Source: Thermoanaerobaculia bacterium
Lineage (GTDB): Bacteria; Acidobacteriota; Thermoanaerobaculia; Multivoradales; Multivoraceae
Direction of reading: 5' to 3'
Length of the DNA: 64,000 bases
Assembly (NCBI GenBank): GCA_022823665.1
Contig: JAJEHN010000008.1
Location: 129,847-193,846 of the forward strand
Shown: positions 49,235 through 59,938 of the stretch, in pieces
Layout: each line of letters starts with the position of its first letter
How positions within the stretch are numbered: position 1 is the first letter of the stretch
Notes under the pieces: model-generated
What the model was told of the DNA's origin: nothing
The model's input: the letters and a program-made list of their open reading frames with translations, nothing else
Databases searched by the model: none
Made by a program: the position numbers and the translations under genes

Positions 49235-50977
49235 ATGAGGCATGACCCTCTCCGTCACCCGAACACACGCCGGCGCCGGACCTTCCCCGGGTATCTGCTC
49301 CTCGGCTTGACGGTCTGCGCCGGCGCCTCGGCTCAGGACGTCGAGGAGTCGCCGCCAACGGTGGCGGAACAGGTCGACGCGGTCTTCAAGGCCTGGGACC
49401 GGGACGACACGGCCGGCTGCGCCGTCTCCATCACCAGGGCCGGCGAGACCGCCTACGCCCGCGGCTTCGGCATGGCGCACCTGGAGCAGCCCGCCCCCAT
49501 CACGCCCGAGACGATCTTCGAGGCCGGCTCTGTCTCCAAGCAGTTCACCGCCGCCACGATCGTGCTCCTCGCCCTGGACGGCGAACTCTCGCTCGACGAT
49601 CCGGTGCGCGACTACCTGCCCGAGCTGCCCGATTTCGGCGCGCAGATCACGATCCGCCATCTCCTGACCCACACCAGCGGGCTCAGGACGTTCCGTCCGC
49701 TGGTCGCGTTGCGGGGACGGCCCGACGGCCTTGCCGTGCATACGAACGCCGAGATCCTGGCCCTCATGGCCCGCCAGCGTGATCTCAACTTCCCGCCCGG
49801 CGAGGAGTACCTCTACAGCAACGCCCCCTACATCCTGAGCGTCGTGCTCGCCGAGCGCGTCTCGGGCCAGTCGTTCAACGAGTTCACGACCGAGCGGATC
49901 TTCGGGCCCCTGGGCATGGCGAGCACACTCTGGCGGGACGACTTCACCCAGATCGTCAAGGGTCGCGCTACGGCTTACGGAAGCGGCAGGAGCGGCGGGC
50001 TCCACACCAACATGGCGAACACCGACGTCTTCGGCAACGGCGGCCTGCTGACGACGGTGGGCGACCTGCAGCGCTGGAACCAGGAGCTCGACGAGCCGAA
50101 GGTCCTCGGGCAGCGATTCGTCGACATGCTGGAGACTCCGGGACGCTTCAATGACGGGACCGAGAACGACTACGCGCTCGGCCTCCAGATCGGCGAGTAC
50201 CGCGGCGAACGGGAGATCTCGCACAGCGGCGGCACCGCCGGCTACCGCGCCTGGCTGGCCCGCTATCCCGACCGCGACCGCCTGTCGCTCGCTCTCCTGT
50301 GCAACCACGGTGACATCAATCCGGTCGCCGTCGGTCGCCGCGCGATCGACGTCTTCCTCGGGCCGGAAGACGAGGCCGCCGACGCGGAGAGTCCACAGCC
50401 GAGCGTCGAGGTTCCGCTGGAAGACCTGGAACACTGGGCGGACCCCTACCTCCATACCCACACCGACTCGATGGTCCGGATCAGCGTCCGAAACGGCGGG
50501 CTCTACTTCGGCGCGGTGAGAGCAAGGCCCCTGGGCGAGGACCGGTTCGCGGTCGGCCTGTCCGGCCTCGTCGTCGCGTTCGACACGGAAGCAGACGGTA
50601 CGAGGGCGGCGACCCTGGCGGACGATCCGAAGCGGCGCTACCGGGCGATGCCCGCGGTCACTCCGACGCCCGAGGAGCTGGCGGAGTACGTCGGCTCCTA
50701 CACGAGCGACGAACTCGACGTGACGTACTCGGTCGAGTTCCGGGACGGCGAGCTGCTGTTCCGCCGCCCGCTCCACGAGCCGCGCACACTCGAGCCCCTG
50801 TTCAGGGACGCTTTCGCACTGAGTGATCCGCTGCTGGAGAGGTTCCCGGCCCGAGCACTGTTCGCCACCTTCGTCGCGTGGCCCGCGCGCTTCGAGCGGG
50901 ACGTCTCAGGCAGGGTGACTGCCCTCTACATCAGCGATTCGTCCCGGGTGCGGCGGCTGCGGTTCGACCGCCGCTAG
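49235..50977 (+). CDS. beta-lactamase-fold serine hydrolase with signal peptide and C-terminal domain
   Basis: SxxK (AGSVSKQF); YxN-like (HLLTHTSGL). Confidence 0.8.
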   Translation: MRHDPLRHPNTRRRRTFPGYLLLGLTVCAGASAQDVEESPPTVAEQVDAVFKAWDRDDTAGCAVSITRAGETAYARGFGMAHLEQPAPITPETIFEAGSVSKQFTAATIVLLALDGELSLDDPVRDYLPELPDFGAQITIRHLLTHTSGLRTFRPLVALRGRPDGLAVHTNAEILALMARQRDLNFPPGEEYLYSNAPYILSVVLAERVSGQSFNEFTTERIFGPLGMASTLWRDDFTQIVKGRATAYGSGRSGGLHTNMANTDVFGNGGLLTTVGDLQRWNQELDEPKVLGQRFVDMLETPGRFNDGTENDYALGLQIGEYRGEREISHSGGTAGYRAWLARYPDRDRLSLALLCNHGDINPVAVGRRAIDVFLGPEDEAADAESPQPSVEVPLEDLEHWADPYLHTHTDSMVRISVRNGGLYFGAVRARPLGEDRFAVGLSGLVVAFDTEADGTRAATLADDPKRRYRAMPAVTPTPEELAEYVGSYTSDELDVTYSVEFRDGELLFRRPLHEPRTLEPLFRDAFALSDPLLERFPARALFATFVAWPARFERDVSGRVTALYISDSSRVRRLRFDRR

Positions 50978-51831
50978 AGCGGCGTCTTCAGCCGATGTCG
51001 CCGGTGTTCCCCGCCATCAGCCGGATCGCCGCCCCGCGCGGCAGCAGGCGTGAGCAGCACGGCGACCAGGCGGTTGACCAGCCCCGGCACGAACCGGGGA
51101 CCCTTGCCGAGCGCGTCGAGCGTTCGCCGCGCCACGGCCTCGGGATCGAGCATGCCCGGCACGCGGCCCTTTCCCGAGCGCAGGTAACCCGGGGTCTCGA
51201 CGGCGCCGGCGCAGCAGGCGACCACGTCGACACCCTGCTCGCGGAGTTCCTGCCACAGGCCTTCGCCGAGGATCGCGTTGAAGGCCTTGGTGGCGGCGTA
51301 GGCCGCGACCCGCGGCGTCCCCTGCAAGCCCGCCAGCGAGGACATCAGGATCACCGCGCCCCGACCGCGCCGCTCGAGACCCGGCAGCAGGGTGTGCAGC
51401 ATGACGACGGGCGCCCGGACATTGACGTCCACCGCCCGCTCGAGCGAATCGGCGTCGGCCTCGACGAAGCGACCCACCGGCACGAAGGCCGCGTTGTAGA
51501 CGAGCACGCCCAGGTCGAGGTCCGCGGTGGCGGCAACGAGAGCGTCGGCGAGATCGGGACTGGCGAGGTCCATCGCAACCGGCCGCACCTCGACGCCGTA
51601 GCGCTCGCGAAGCCGGCCCGCCAGGTCGTCGAGCAACGACTCGCGCCGGGCGATCAGCACGAGATCCATGCCGCGCTCGGCGAGGCACTCCGCGAACGCG
51701 GCACCGAGCCCCTCGGAGGCGCCGGCGACGAGCGCCCAGCCGCCGTAGCGGTCGCGGAACCGGGTCACGCCGGCACCGGTCCGCAAGCGTTCTCCGCTAC
51801 CCTGCGGGGCACCGCTCGCTCTTGGAAACAC
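50974..51831 (-). CDS. SDR family oxidoreductase
   Basis: GASEGLG cofactor motif; YAATK catalytic motif. The true start may lie about 60 nt downstream of the track ATG. Confidence 0.8.
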   Translation of the reverse strand: MFPRASGAPQGSGERLRTGAGVTRFRDRYGGWALVAGASEGLGAAFAECLAERGMDLVLIARRESLLDDLAGRLRERYGVEVRPVAMDLASPDLADALVAATADLDLGVLVYNAAFVPVGRFVEADADSLERAVDVNVRAPVVMLHTLLPGLERRGRGAVILMSSLAGLQGTPRVAAYAATKAFNAILGEGLWQELREQGVDVVACCAGAVETPGYLRSGKGRVPGMLDPEAVARRTLDALGKGPRFVPGLVNRLVAVLLTPAAARGGDPADGGEHRRHRLKTPL

Positions 51832-51850
51832 CTACCATGGAGACTCGATC

Positions 51851-53674
51851 GTGAGGCTAGCAACGTCTCTTCCCGGCGTTCTGCTGTTCGCGCTCGCCGC
51901 GACCACCTTCGCGCAGGCTCCCAACGTCGTCATCGTGATGACGGACGATCAGGGCTACGGCGAAATCTCCGCCCACGGCAACCCCGTGCTCGAGACGCCG
52001 CATCTCGACCGCCTGCGGGCCGAAAGCGTGCGTCTGGACGACTTCCACGTCGCGCCGATGTGCACGCCGACCCGTGGACAACTGCTGACCGGCATGGACG
52101 CCGCCCGGAACGGGGCGATCAACGTCAGCAGCGGCCGGGCGCTCCTGCGGCCGGAGATCCCGACGATGGCCGACATCTTCGCCGAGACGGGTTACAGCAC
52201 CGGCGTGTTCGGCAAGTGGCATCTCGGCGACAACTACCCCTTCCGGCCCGAAGACCGCGGCTTCCACGAGACCGTGTGGTTCCCCTCGTCCCACATCGGC
52301 TCGGTTCCCGACTTCTGGGGCAACGACTACTTCGACGACACCTACATCCGCAACGGCAAGCGGGAGGCGTTCGATGGCTACTGCACGGACATCTTCTTCG
52401 ACGAAGCGATCGACCACATGAAGCGCGCCACGGAGACCGGAACGCCCTTCCTGACCTACATCGCCCCGAACACGCCTCACGGCCCGCTGATCGCCAAGGA
52501 GGAGGACGAAGCCGCTCTCGCGGCCGCGCTGGCCCGGCCCGAGTTCGCCGACATGAGTTCGGCGCTGAAGACCCGGCTGAGCAGGTACCTGGGGATGGTC
52601 CGGAACATCGACACGAACATGGGCCGGCTTCTCGACTTCCTCGAGGACGAGGGGCTGAGAGAGAACACGATCGTGATCTTCATGACGGACAACGGCAGCA
52701 CGCACGGCCCGCTCTACTTCAACGCCGGCATGCGCGGGATGAAGACCGAGCTGTGGGAAGGGGGCCATCGCGTGCCGTTCTTCATCAGTTGGCCGAACGG
52801 CGGCCTGGCGGACCCGCGGGACGTGACCGGCCTGACCCAGGTCCAGGACGTCCTGCCGACCCTCCTGGACCTCACCGGAATCGAAACGGCGGCAGCGGCG
52901 AACTTCAACGGCACGAGTCTCGCCCCCGTCCTGCGCGGAGAGGCGAGCGTTCCGGAAGACCGCATGCTGATCATCAACTACAGCCGCATGCCGTCCGGTT
53001 TCAACTACCCGTCGCCGTACACCCAGTCGATCCTCACGCGCAGTCACGCGGGGGTCCTGTGGAAGGGCTGGCGCCTGCTCGAGGATCGCGAGCTCTACGA
53101 CCTGGAGTCCGATCCGCTGCAGACGACGAACGTGATCGAAGAGCACCCGGAAGTGGTCGCCAGAATGCGGGACCACCTCTACGAATGGTGGGACGAAGTG
53201 GCTCCGACCGCCAACGAGCCCCAGCGGATCGTCATCGGCGACGACATCGAGAACCCGATGATGCTGACCGGCTGCGAGTGGCTCGACGTGTTCGTCGACC
53301 AGCAGAGGCAGATCCGCGTCGGCACGCGGAAGACCGGCTACTGGCTGCTCGACGTGGCCGAGGCGGGCGAGTACGAGTTCGCGCTCCGGCGCTGGCCCCG
53401 GGAGATCGACGTGCCGCTCGCATCGGCGCCCGAGGGCGGCACGGCGCTGCCCATCACCTCGGCCCGCATGTTCATCAGCGACCACCACCACCTGGAGATC
53501 GGCGACAAGCCGCCCTACGGCTTCGAAGGGCTCAGGAGGGAGGTCGACTCGGACGACACGGAGGCCACCTTCACCGTGACCTTGCCCGAGGGGCCGATGG
53601 CGCTGCACACCTGGTTCGACGAAGGCCGCGAGGTCATCGCGAGCGCCTACTACGTCTACGTGACGAGGAAGTAG
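51851..53674 (+). CDS. arylsulfatase (sulfatase family, formylglycine-dependent)
   Basis: Signal peptide; CTPTRGQLLTG (C-x-P-x-R FGly motif); metal-binding DDQG and GKWH motifs. Confidence 0.9.
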   Translation: MRLATSLPGVLLFALAATTFAQAPNVVIVMTDDQGYGEISAHGNPVLETPHLDRLRAESVRLDDFHVAPMCTPTRGQLLTGMDAARNGAINVSSGRALLRPEIPTMADIFAETGYSTGVFGKWHLGDNYPFRPEDRGFHETVWFPSSHIGSVPDFWGNDYFDDTYIRNGKREAFDGYCTDIFFDEAIDHMKRATETGTPFLTYIAPNTPHGPLIAKEEDEAALAAALARPEFADMSSALKTRLSRYLGMVRNIDTNMGRLLDFLEDEGLRENTIVIFMTDNGSTHGPLYFNAGMRGMKTELWEGGHRVPFFISWPNGGLADPRDVTGLTQVQDVLPTLLDLTGIETAAAANFNGTSLAPVLRGEASVPEDRMLIINYSRMPSGFNYPSPYTQSILTRSHAGVLWKGWRLLEDRELYDLESDPLQTTNVIEEHPEVVARMRDHLYEWWDEVAPTANEPQRIVIGDDIENPMMLTGCEWLDVFVDQQRQIRVGTRKTGYWLLDVAEAGEYEFALRRWPREIDVPLASAPEGGTALPITSARMFISDHHHLEIGDKPPYGFEGLRREVDSDDTEATFTVTLPEGPMALHTWFDEGREVIASAYYVYVTRK

Positions 53675-53721
53675 GTGCCACCGCGGCTTGGTAAACTGCG
53701 CCGTTCAGTTCTGAGCCTTCA

Positions 53722-56703
53722 ATGATCCGCGCTGCGCCCTTCCTCCTTGCCTGGCTGGCGGCGGTCGGAACGGTCGCCGGCGCGTCGGAGATCGATCCCG
53801 CCGACCTCGAGTTCTTCGAGTCGAAGATCCGGCCGGTCCTCGTCGAGCGCTGCTACCAGTGCCACGGCGGCGATCCAGCGAAGATCCGCGGCGGGCTGAT
53901 CCTGCTCGACGCGGAGGGCGTGCGCGCCGGCGGGGACAGCGGCGCCGTGATCGTCCCGGGGTCGCCCGAGGAAAGCCTGATGATCGAGGCGCTCCACTAC
54001 GAGGGTCTCACCCAGATGCCGCCGGACGGCAAGCTGCCGGCGCACGTCATCGCCGACTTCGAGCAGTGGATCCGCCGCGGAGCGCCCGACCCGCGAACCG
54101 GCGGGGAGCAGACGGTGGTCGCCACGAGAACTGCCGAGACGTTCGACTACGGCCCCGGCCGCGAGCACTGGGCCTTCCGGCGAGTCGAAGACCCGGCGCT
54201 TCCCGACGTCGAGAACGAGGCCTGGGTGAGCCATGCCCTCGATCGCTTCATCCTGGCGCGCCTCGAGGAACGCGGCCTCGCGCCGGTGGCGCCAGCCGAC
54301 AGGCGCACGCTCCTCCGCCGAGCCACCTTCGACCTGATCGGCCTGGCCCCGTCGGAAGCCGAGATCGAGGACTTTCTCGCCGATGAGAGCCCCGAAGCCT
54401 TCGCCAAGGTCGTCGACCGGCTTCTCGCATCGCCTCACTACGGCGAACGCTGGGGCCGCCACTGGCTCGACATCGCCCGCTACGCCGACTCGAACGGTCT
54501 CGACGAGAACATCGCCTTCCCCAACGCCTTCCGCTACCGCGACTACGTCGTCGACTCCCTGAACCGGGACAAGCCCTTCGACCGCTTCGTCCGCGAGCAG
54601 ATCGCGGGCGACCTGATGCCGGCGGACACCGACGCGCAGCGCTTCGAGCAGATCACCGCCACCGGTTTCCTCATGCTGGGCCCCAAGGTGCTTGCCGAGC
54701 AGGACGTGGACAAGATGCTGATCGACATCGTCGACGAGCAGGTCAACACCGTGGGCCGCGCCTTTCTCGCCCTGCCGGTCGGGTGCGCCCGCTGCCACGA
54801 CCACAAGTTCGACCCGATCCCCACGGCCGACTACTACGCGATGGCCGGCGTCCTGCGCTCGACCGCGACGATGAGCGACGCCGCCGGCATGCGCTGGCTG
54901 GAGCGGCCGCTGGCCCCGGACGACGAACTCGCCGAGTACGAGGCGGCCCGGAAGCTCGTCGCCGAAGCGCAGGAGAAAGTCGACGATGTGGTCGAGGAGC
55001 AGAACGACGTCCTGCGCCGTCCGCGCCGCGCGGCCCTCGCCGAGTACCTGCTCGCCGTGGAAGAGGCCTACCCGAGCTGGAGCGACGACGAGGCGAAGCA
55101 GGAGAAGGCGCGCGAGACGATCGCCGAGGTCGCCGGCGACCGCGGGCTGGAACCTCCGGTCCTGGAGCGCTGGGTCAGGGCCTTCTACCGCTACCGGGAA
55201 GGCCCGCCGGTCGAGGGGGATGCCCCGAGCCCGAGCACGGTCTTCGTCATCTGGAACGCCTACGCCGCCGCCTCGCCCAATCGCTACGAGGAGGTGACCG
55301 AAGAGCTGCGGGCGATCATCGCCTCGGAGAAGGTGCTGACGGCGCCGCTGACCCGGAGCCTCGTCCGCGGGCCGGCGCCGAAGACGCTGGAAGAGGTCGC
55401 CTGGCGCTACGCGAGCCTCTTCGCGACGATCGAGATCGCCTGGGAAGAGCACCTCATGCGACTCGGCCTCAAGGACGAGGACGAGCTCGCGCCGTCGGAC
55501 TTCAGGCTGCCGCGTGAGCAGGAGGAGTTGCGCTGGCTGGTCTACGACGGCTACTTCTGCATCCCCTGCCTCGACCAGGAAGAGGAGGAGAAGCTCTACC
55601 CGCCGGAGGTGCTGGAGCGGCTCGCCGAGCTGCGCACCGAAGTCGAACGCCTGGAGGAGGCATCGCCGCCCGCACCGCCGTACGCGATGGCGGTGGAGGA
55701 AGCGGAGATCGTCGATCTGCCGGTGCACATCCGCGGCAGCCACGTGAACCTCGCGGAGAAACCGGAGCCGCGCGGATTCCTGAAGGTCACGGACCACCTC
55801 GTGCCGCCTCCGCCGGTAGCCGCGGGCGCCAGCGGCCGGCTCGAACTGGCGCGCTGGATCACCCACCCCGAGCACCCGCTCACCGCCCGCGTCATCGTCA
55901 ACCGCGTCTGGCACTGGCACTTCGGCCGCGGCCTCGTCGACACACCGAGCAACTTCGGCGCGATCGGCAGCAAACCGACGCATCCTGAGCTTCTCGACTG
56001 GCTGGCGCGGCGCTTCGTCGAGGGCGGGTGGTCGCTGAAGAACCTGCACCGCGACATCATGCTGTCGAGCACCTACCGGCTGTCGAGCGACTACGACGCC
56101 GCCAGCGCCGCGGTCGACGAGGAGAACCTCCTCCTCTGGCGCAACAACCGGCGCCGCCTGGAGGTCGAGCCGATCCGGGACGCCCTGCTGCAGCTCGCCG
56201 GCCGGCTCGACCTGACGATCGGAGGACGGGTCGAGGAGTACGACGCAAGGGGATACGTCTTCGGCGAAACCGGCACCCTCGGCCGGATCGACATCTACGA
56301 CGCGCCCAGGCGTTCGATCTACATGCCGGTGGTGCGCACCGCCATCTACAACATCTTCGGCGGCTTCGACTTCGGCGACGCGAGCGACTCGGTCGGCGAT
56401 CGATCCGAGACGGTCGTGCCGCGCCAGGCGCTCCTGATGATGAACAGTCCCTTCGTCGAAGAGGCGGCGCTCGGCTTCGCCAGGCAACTGCTGGAGATCG
56501 ACGGCGCAAGCGCCGCGGATCGAATCGACACCGCCTTCGTCCGCGCCTACGGCCGCCCGGCCGACGATGTCGAAATCGAAGACAGCCTCGCCTTCCTCGA
56601 CGAGATGCGTCGCGGAGCGCCGGCGGACGAGGCCGAGATCTACGCCTGGACCCGCCTCGCCCACGTCATCCTCGCGGCCAGCGAGTTCATCTACATCAAC
56701 TAG
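53722..56703 (+). CDS. PSCyt2 (cytochrome c) + DUF1549 + DUF1553 (PSD1) domain protein
   Basis: CYQCH haem motif in a PSCyt2 context; DUF1549 and DUF1553 signature stretches. Characteristic PVC-type gene. Confidence 0.85.
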   Translation: MIRAAPFLLAWLAAVGTVAGASEIDPADLEFFESKIRPVLVERCYQCHGGDPAKIRGGLILLDAEGVRAGGDSGAVIVPGSPEESLMIEALHYEGLTQMPPDGKLPAHVIADFEQWIRRGAPDPRTGGEQTVVATRTAETFDYGPGREHWAFRRVEDPALPDVENEAWVSHALDRFILARLEERGLAPVAPADRRTLLRRATFDLIGLAPSEAEIEDFLADESPEAFAKVVDRLLASPHYGERWGRHWLDIARYADSNGLDENIAFPNAFRYRDYVVDSLNRDKPFDRFVREQIAGDLMPADTDAQRFEQITATGFLMLGPKVLAEQDVDKMLIDIVDEQVNTVGRAFLALPVGCARCHDHKFDPIPTADYYAMAGVLRSTATMSDAAGMRWLERPLAPDDELAEYEAARKLVAEAQEKVDDVVEEQNDVLRRPRRAALAEYLLAVEEAYPSWSDDEAKQEKARETIAEVAGDRGLEPPVLERWVRAFYRYREGPPVEGDAPSPSTVFVIWNAYAAASPNRYEEVTEELRAIIASEKVLTAPLTRSLVRGPAPKTLEEVAWRYASLFATIEIAWEEHLMRLGLKDEDELAPSDFRLPREQEELRWLVYDGYFCIPCLDQEEEEKLYPPEVLERLAELRTEVERLEEASPPAPPYAMAVEEAEIVDLPVHIRGSHVNLAEKPEPRGFLKVTDHLVPPPPVAAGASGRLELARWITHPEHPLTARVIVNRVWHWHFGRGLVDTPSNFGAIGSKPTHPELLDWLARRFVEGGWSLKNLHRDIMLSSTYRLSSDYDAASAAVDEENLLLWRNNRRRLEVEPIRDALLQLAGRLDLTIGGRVEEYDARGYVFGETGTLGRIDIYDAPRRSIYMPVVRTAIYNIFGGFDFGDASDSVGDRSETVVPRQALLMMNSPFVEEAALGFARQLLEIDGASAADRIDTAFVRAYGRPADDVEIEDSLAFLDEMRRGAPADEAEIYAWTRLAHVILAASEFIYIN

Positions 56704-56728
56704 ATTCCGGTCTCAGGACCGCCAGACG

Positions 56729-58156
56729 ATGCGCTACCCCCACTACCAGCCGCCACCGCTGACCCGCCGCCAGATGCTGAAGACCTGCGGCTGCGGCTTC
56801 GGCGGCCTGGCGCTCTCCTCGCTGCTGCAGCGCGACCTCCTGGCCGCTGAGCCCGGGAACCCCCTCGCGCCCCGCCCGCCGCACTTCGCCCCGAAGGCCA
56901 AGCGGATCATCTTCCTGCACATGCACGGCGGTCCGTCGCAGCATGACCTCTTCGAGTACAAGCCGCTTCTCATCCGCGACGACAACAAGCCGCTGCCTTT
57001 CGCCAAGCCCCGCGTGCAGTTCAACGAAACCGGCAACCTGTTCAAGAGCCCCTGGGAGTTCAAACAGCACGGCCAGTCCGGCGCCTGGGTGAGCGAACTC
57101 ATGCCCAACATCGCCTCGGTGGTCGACGACCTCTGCTTCATCCGCTCGATGTGGGGCACGAACGCCGCCCACGGCGGCGCCATCCTGGCGATGAACACCG
57201 GCAGCGACCGCTTCGTCCGCCCGTCGATGGGCTCGTGGATCGCCTATGGCCTCGGCACCGAGAACGAGAACCTGCCCGGGTTCATCACGATCTGCCCCTC
57301 GTACCAGCACGGCGGCGTCCAGAACTACTCGTCGGCCTTCCTGCCCGCCGCCTACAACGGCACGGCGATCGGCACGACGCGGATGAAGACGGAAGACGCC
57401 ACGATCGACTTCCTCGACAACGAGACCGTGTCGCCGGAGGTCCAGCGAAGCGAACTCGACCTCCTGCAGCGCTGGCAGCGCCGCCAGCTCGAGCAGACCG
57501 GCCCCGACCAGGCGCTCGAGGGCCGCATCGAGTCCTTCGAGCTGGCGTTCCGCATGCAGACCGAGGCGCCCGAGCTGATGAGCATCGAAGGCGAGTCCGA
57601 GGCGACCAGGCGGCTCTACGGCCTCGACGACCCGGTGGCCCGGAACTTCGGGCTCCGCTGCCTGCTTGCCCGACGCTTCTCGGAATCCGGCGTCCGCTTC
57701 GTGCAGGCGACCCACGGACCGGACTCGAAGTGGGACCACCACTCCGGCCTCATCACCGGCCTGCCGCAGAGTTGCGCCGAGGTCGACCGGCCGGTGGCCG
57801 GGCTGATCAAGGACCTCAAGTCACGGGGGCTGCTGGACGAGACCCTCGTCCTCTGGGGCGGCGAGTTCGGCCGCACTCCCGGCGCCGAAGCCGGCGCCCG
57901 CAACGGCCGCGACCACAACCCCCACGGCTACACGATGTTCATGGCCGGCGGCGGCGTGAAGCCCGGCCACAGCCACGGCCGCACCGACGACTACGGTTAC
58001 TACGCGATCGAGGACAAGGTCCACATCCACGACCTCCACGCCACGATCCTGCATCTGCTGGGCCTCGACCACGAGCGGCTGACGTACCGCTCCCAGGGGC
58101 GCGACTTCCGGTTGACGGACGTCGAGGGCCTGGTCGTCGACGACATCATCGTCTGA
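56729..58156 (+). CDS. DUF1501 domain-containing protein (sulfatase-like fold) with Tat signal
   Basis: Start MRYPHYQPPPLTRRQMLKTCGCGFGG. Canonical partner of the preceding DUF1549/DUF1553 gene. Confidence 0.85.
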   Translation: MRYPHYQPPPLTRRQMLKTCGCGFGGLALSSLLQRDLLAAEPGNPLAPRPPHFAPKAKRIIFLHMHGGPSQHDLFEYKPLLIRDDNKPLPFAKPRVQFNETGNLFKSPWEFKQHGQSGAWVSELMPNIASVVDDLCFIRSMWGTNAAHGGAILAMNTGSDRFVRPSMGSWIAYGLGTENENLPGFITICPSYQHGGVQNYSSAFLPAAYNGTAIGTTRMKTEDATIDFLDNETVSPEVQRSELDLLQRWQRRQLEQTGPDQALEGRIESFELAFRMQTEAPELMSIEGESEATRRLYGLDDPVARNFGLRCLLARRFSESGVRFVQATHGPDSKWDHHSGLITGLPQSCAEVDRPVAGLIKDLKSRGLLDETLVLWGGEFGRTPGAEAGARNGRDHNPHGYTMFMAGGGVKPGHSHGRTDDYGYYAIEDKVHIHDLHATILHLLGLDHERLTYRSQGRDFRLTDVEGLVVDDIIV

Positions 58157-58191
58157 GCCCGCCGGCGACGACGGCGTCCGGATCCAAGCCC

Positions 58192-59832
58192 ATGACCATC
58201 GCGGCCGTCGATCTCTTCATCATCATCGTCTACCTGCTGGGCATCCTGTTCGTCGGCCTGTGGTCGGTGCGCAAGATCAAGCGGCAGACCAGCGAGTCGT
58301 ACTTCCTGGCGAGCCGCAACCTGAAGTGGCCCGTGGTGGGGGCCGCGCTATTCGCCTCGAACATCTCGACGATTCACCTGGTCGGGCTCGCGGAGAGCGG
58401 CTTCGGCGTCGGCATGGTCGTGGGCAACTACGAGTGGATGGCGTCTTTCACGATCATCCTGCTCAGTCTCGTCTTCGTGCCGATCTACTTCAGGAGCCGG
58501 ATCACGACGCTGCCGGAGTTCATGGAGCGGCGCTACAGCCCCGCCGCCCGGACCACGCTGTCCTTCATGTTCATCATGTCGGCGATGCTGATCCACATCG
58601 GCATCAGCCTCTACGCCGGCGCAGCGGTGTTCGAACGGTTCTTCGGCATCCCGTCACTGGCGTCGATCGCGATGATCTCGATCATCACGGTGATCTACAC
58701 CGTGGTCGGCGGCCTGCGGGCAGTCGTCGTCACGGAGACGATCCAGACCGTCATCCTGCTGGGCGGCGCCATCCTGATCACGGTCATCGCGATGACCAGG
58801 CTCCCCGGCGTGGGAATCGACTCCTATGGGGACCTTCTTGCCGCCACGAAGCCGAACCAGCTCAGCATGATTCACCTCCCCGGGGAAGAGGGCTTCGACC
58901 CCGGATCGATCTGGTACGGCTTCCTGCTGGGCTTCCCCATCCTCGGCCTCTGGTACTGGTGCACCGACCAGACGATCGTCCAGCGGGTGCTGGGCGCGGG
59001 GACCCTGCGGGACGCGCAGCACGGCGCGCTGTTCGCCTCGCTGCTCAAGTTCCTGCCCCCGCTGTTCATGGTCCTGCCGGGCGTGCTGGCCTACGTGCTG
59101 TTCAAGGACATCATCGACCAGCCGACCGACGCCCTGCCGACGCTGATCACCGAGCTGCTGCCGACCGGCCTCATCGGCATCATGGCGGCGGCGCTGCTCG
59201 CGGCGCTGATGAGCACGATCGCCGCCGCGGTGAACAGCACGGGGACGCTCGTCGCCGTCGACATCGCCAAGCACTTCCGGCCCGGCCTGTCCGAGACCTC
59301 GCAGGTGCGCATCGGACGGATCAGCTCCGTCGTCGTCATGTCCGTCGCGATCGCCTGGTCCACCCAGGGAGAGCGCTTCGGCTCCATCTTCGAGGCGATC
59401 AACAAGTTGCCGGCGCAGTTCATCGCGCCTCCGATCGCGACGGTGCTCCTCTGGGGCGTCTTCTGGCGCCGCGGAACGCGTCAGGCCGGCACGTTCACGC
59501 TGCTCTTCGGCTTCGTCGCCGGCTTCATCATCTTCCTGTTCGACATGGGCTTCGGCTTCCTCGGCGGCGTCCAGTACGTCTCCGATCCCGTGAACGGCCT
59601 GGGGATCCCGTTCCTGCTGCAGGCGTGGTGGTACTTCTGCATCCTGAGCGTCATCTACGTGGCCGTCAGTCTGGCGACGCCGCCGCCGAAAGCCGAGCAG
59701 ATCGACGGCCTGACCTGGGACAAACCGTACGCGTTCCTGACCCGGTCGGAGATCCGCGGCGCCCTGGATCCGCGACTGCTGGCGGCGCTGCTGGCCGTTG
59801 CCCTGGTCGTGATGTACGTCCTGGTTCGGTAG
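58192..59832 (+). CDS. sodium:solute symporter (SSF/SGLT-like) family transporter
   Basis: 13-14 TM helices; SSF-family motifs; internal ATG of track ORF 57151..59832. Confidence 0.85.
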   Translation: MTIAAVDLFIIIVYLLGILFVGLWSVRKIKRQTSESYFLASRNLKWPVVGAALFASNISTIHLVGLAESGFGVGMVVGNYEWMASFTIILLSLVFVPIYFRSRITTLPEFMERRYSPAARTTLSFMFIMSAMLIHIGISLYAGAAVFERFFGIPSLASIAMISIITVIYTVVGGLRAVVVTETIQTVILLGGAILITVIAMTRLPGVGIDSYGDLLAATKPNQLSMIHLPGEEGFDPGSIWYGFLLGFPILGLWYWCTDQTIVQRVLGAGTLRDAQHGALFASLLKFLPPLFMVLPGVLAYVLFKDIIDQPTDALPTLITELLPTGLIGIMAAALLAALMSTIAAAVNSTGTLVAVDIAKHFRPGLSETSQVRIGRISSVVVMSVAIAWSTQGERFGSIFEAINKLPAQFIAPPIATVLLWGVFWRRGTRQAGTFTLLFGFVAGFIIFLFDMGFGFLGGVQYVSDPVNGLGIPFLLQAWWYFCILSVIYVAVSLATPPPKAEQIDGLTWDKPYAFLTRSEIRGALDPRLLAALLAVALVVMYVLVR

Positions 59833-59938
59833 AGCCGTCTCCGCCGGCACACGAACACAGAATCCGTCCTGGTCCTATGTGGGACAACGTCCGCGCAGGG
59901 TGGGCGGCGTCCAGCTCCACCAGCACAAGGACCCGGAG

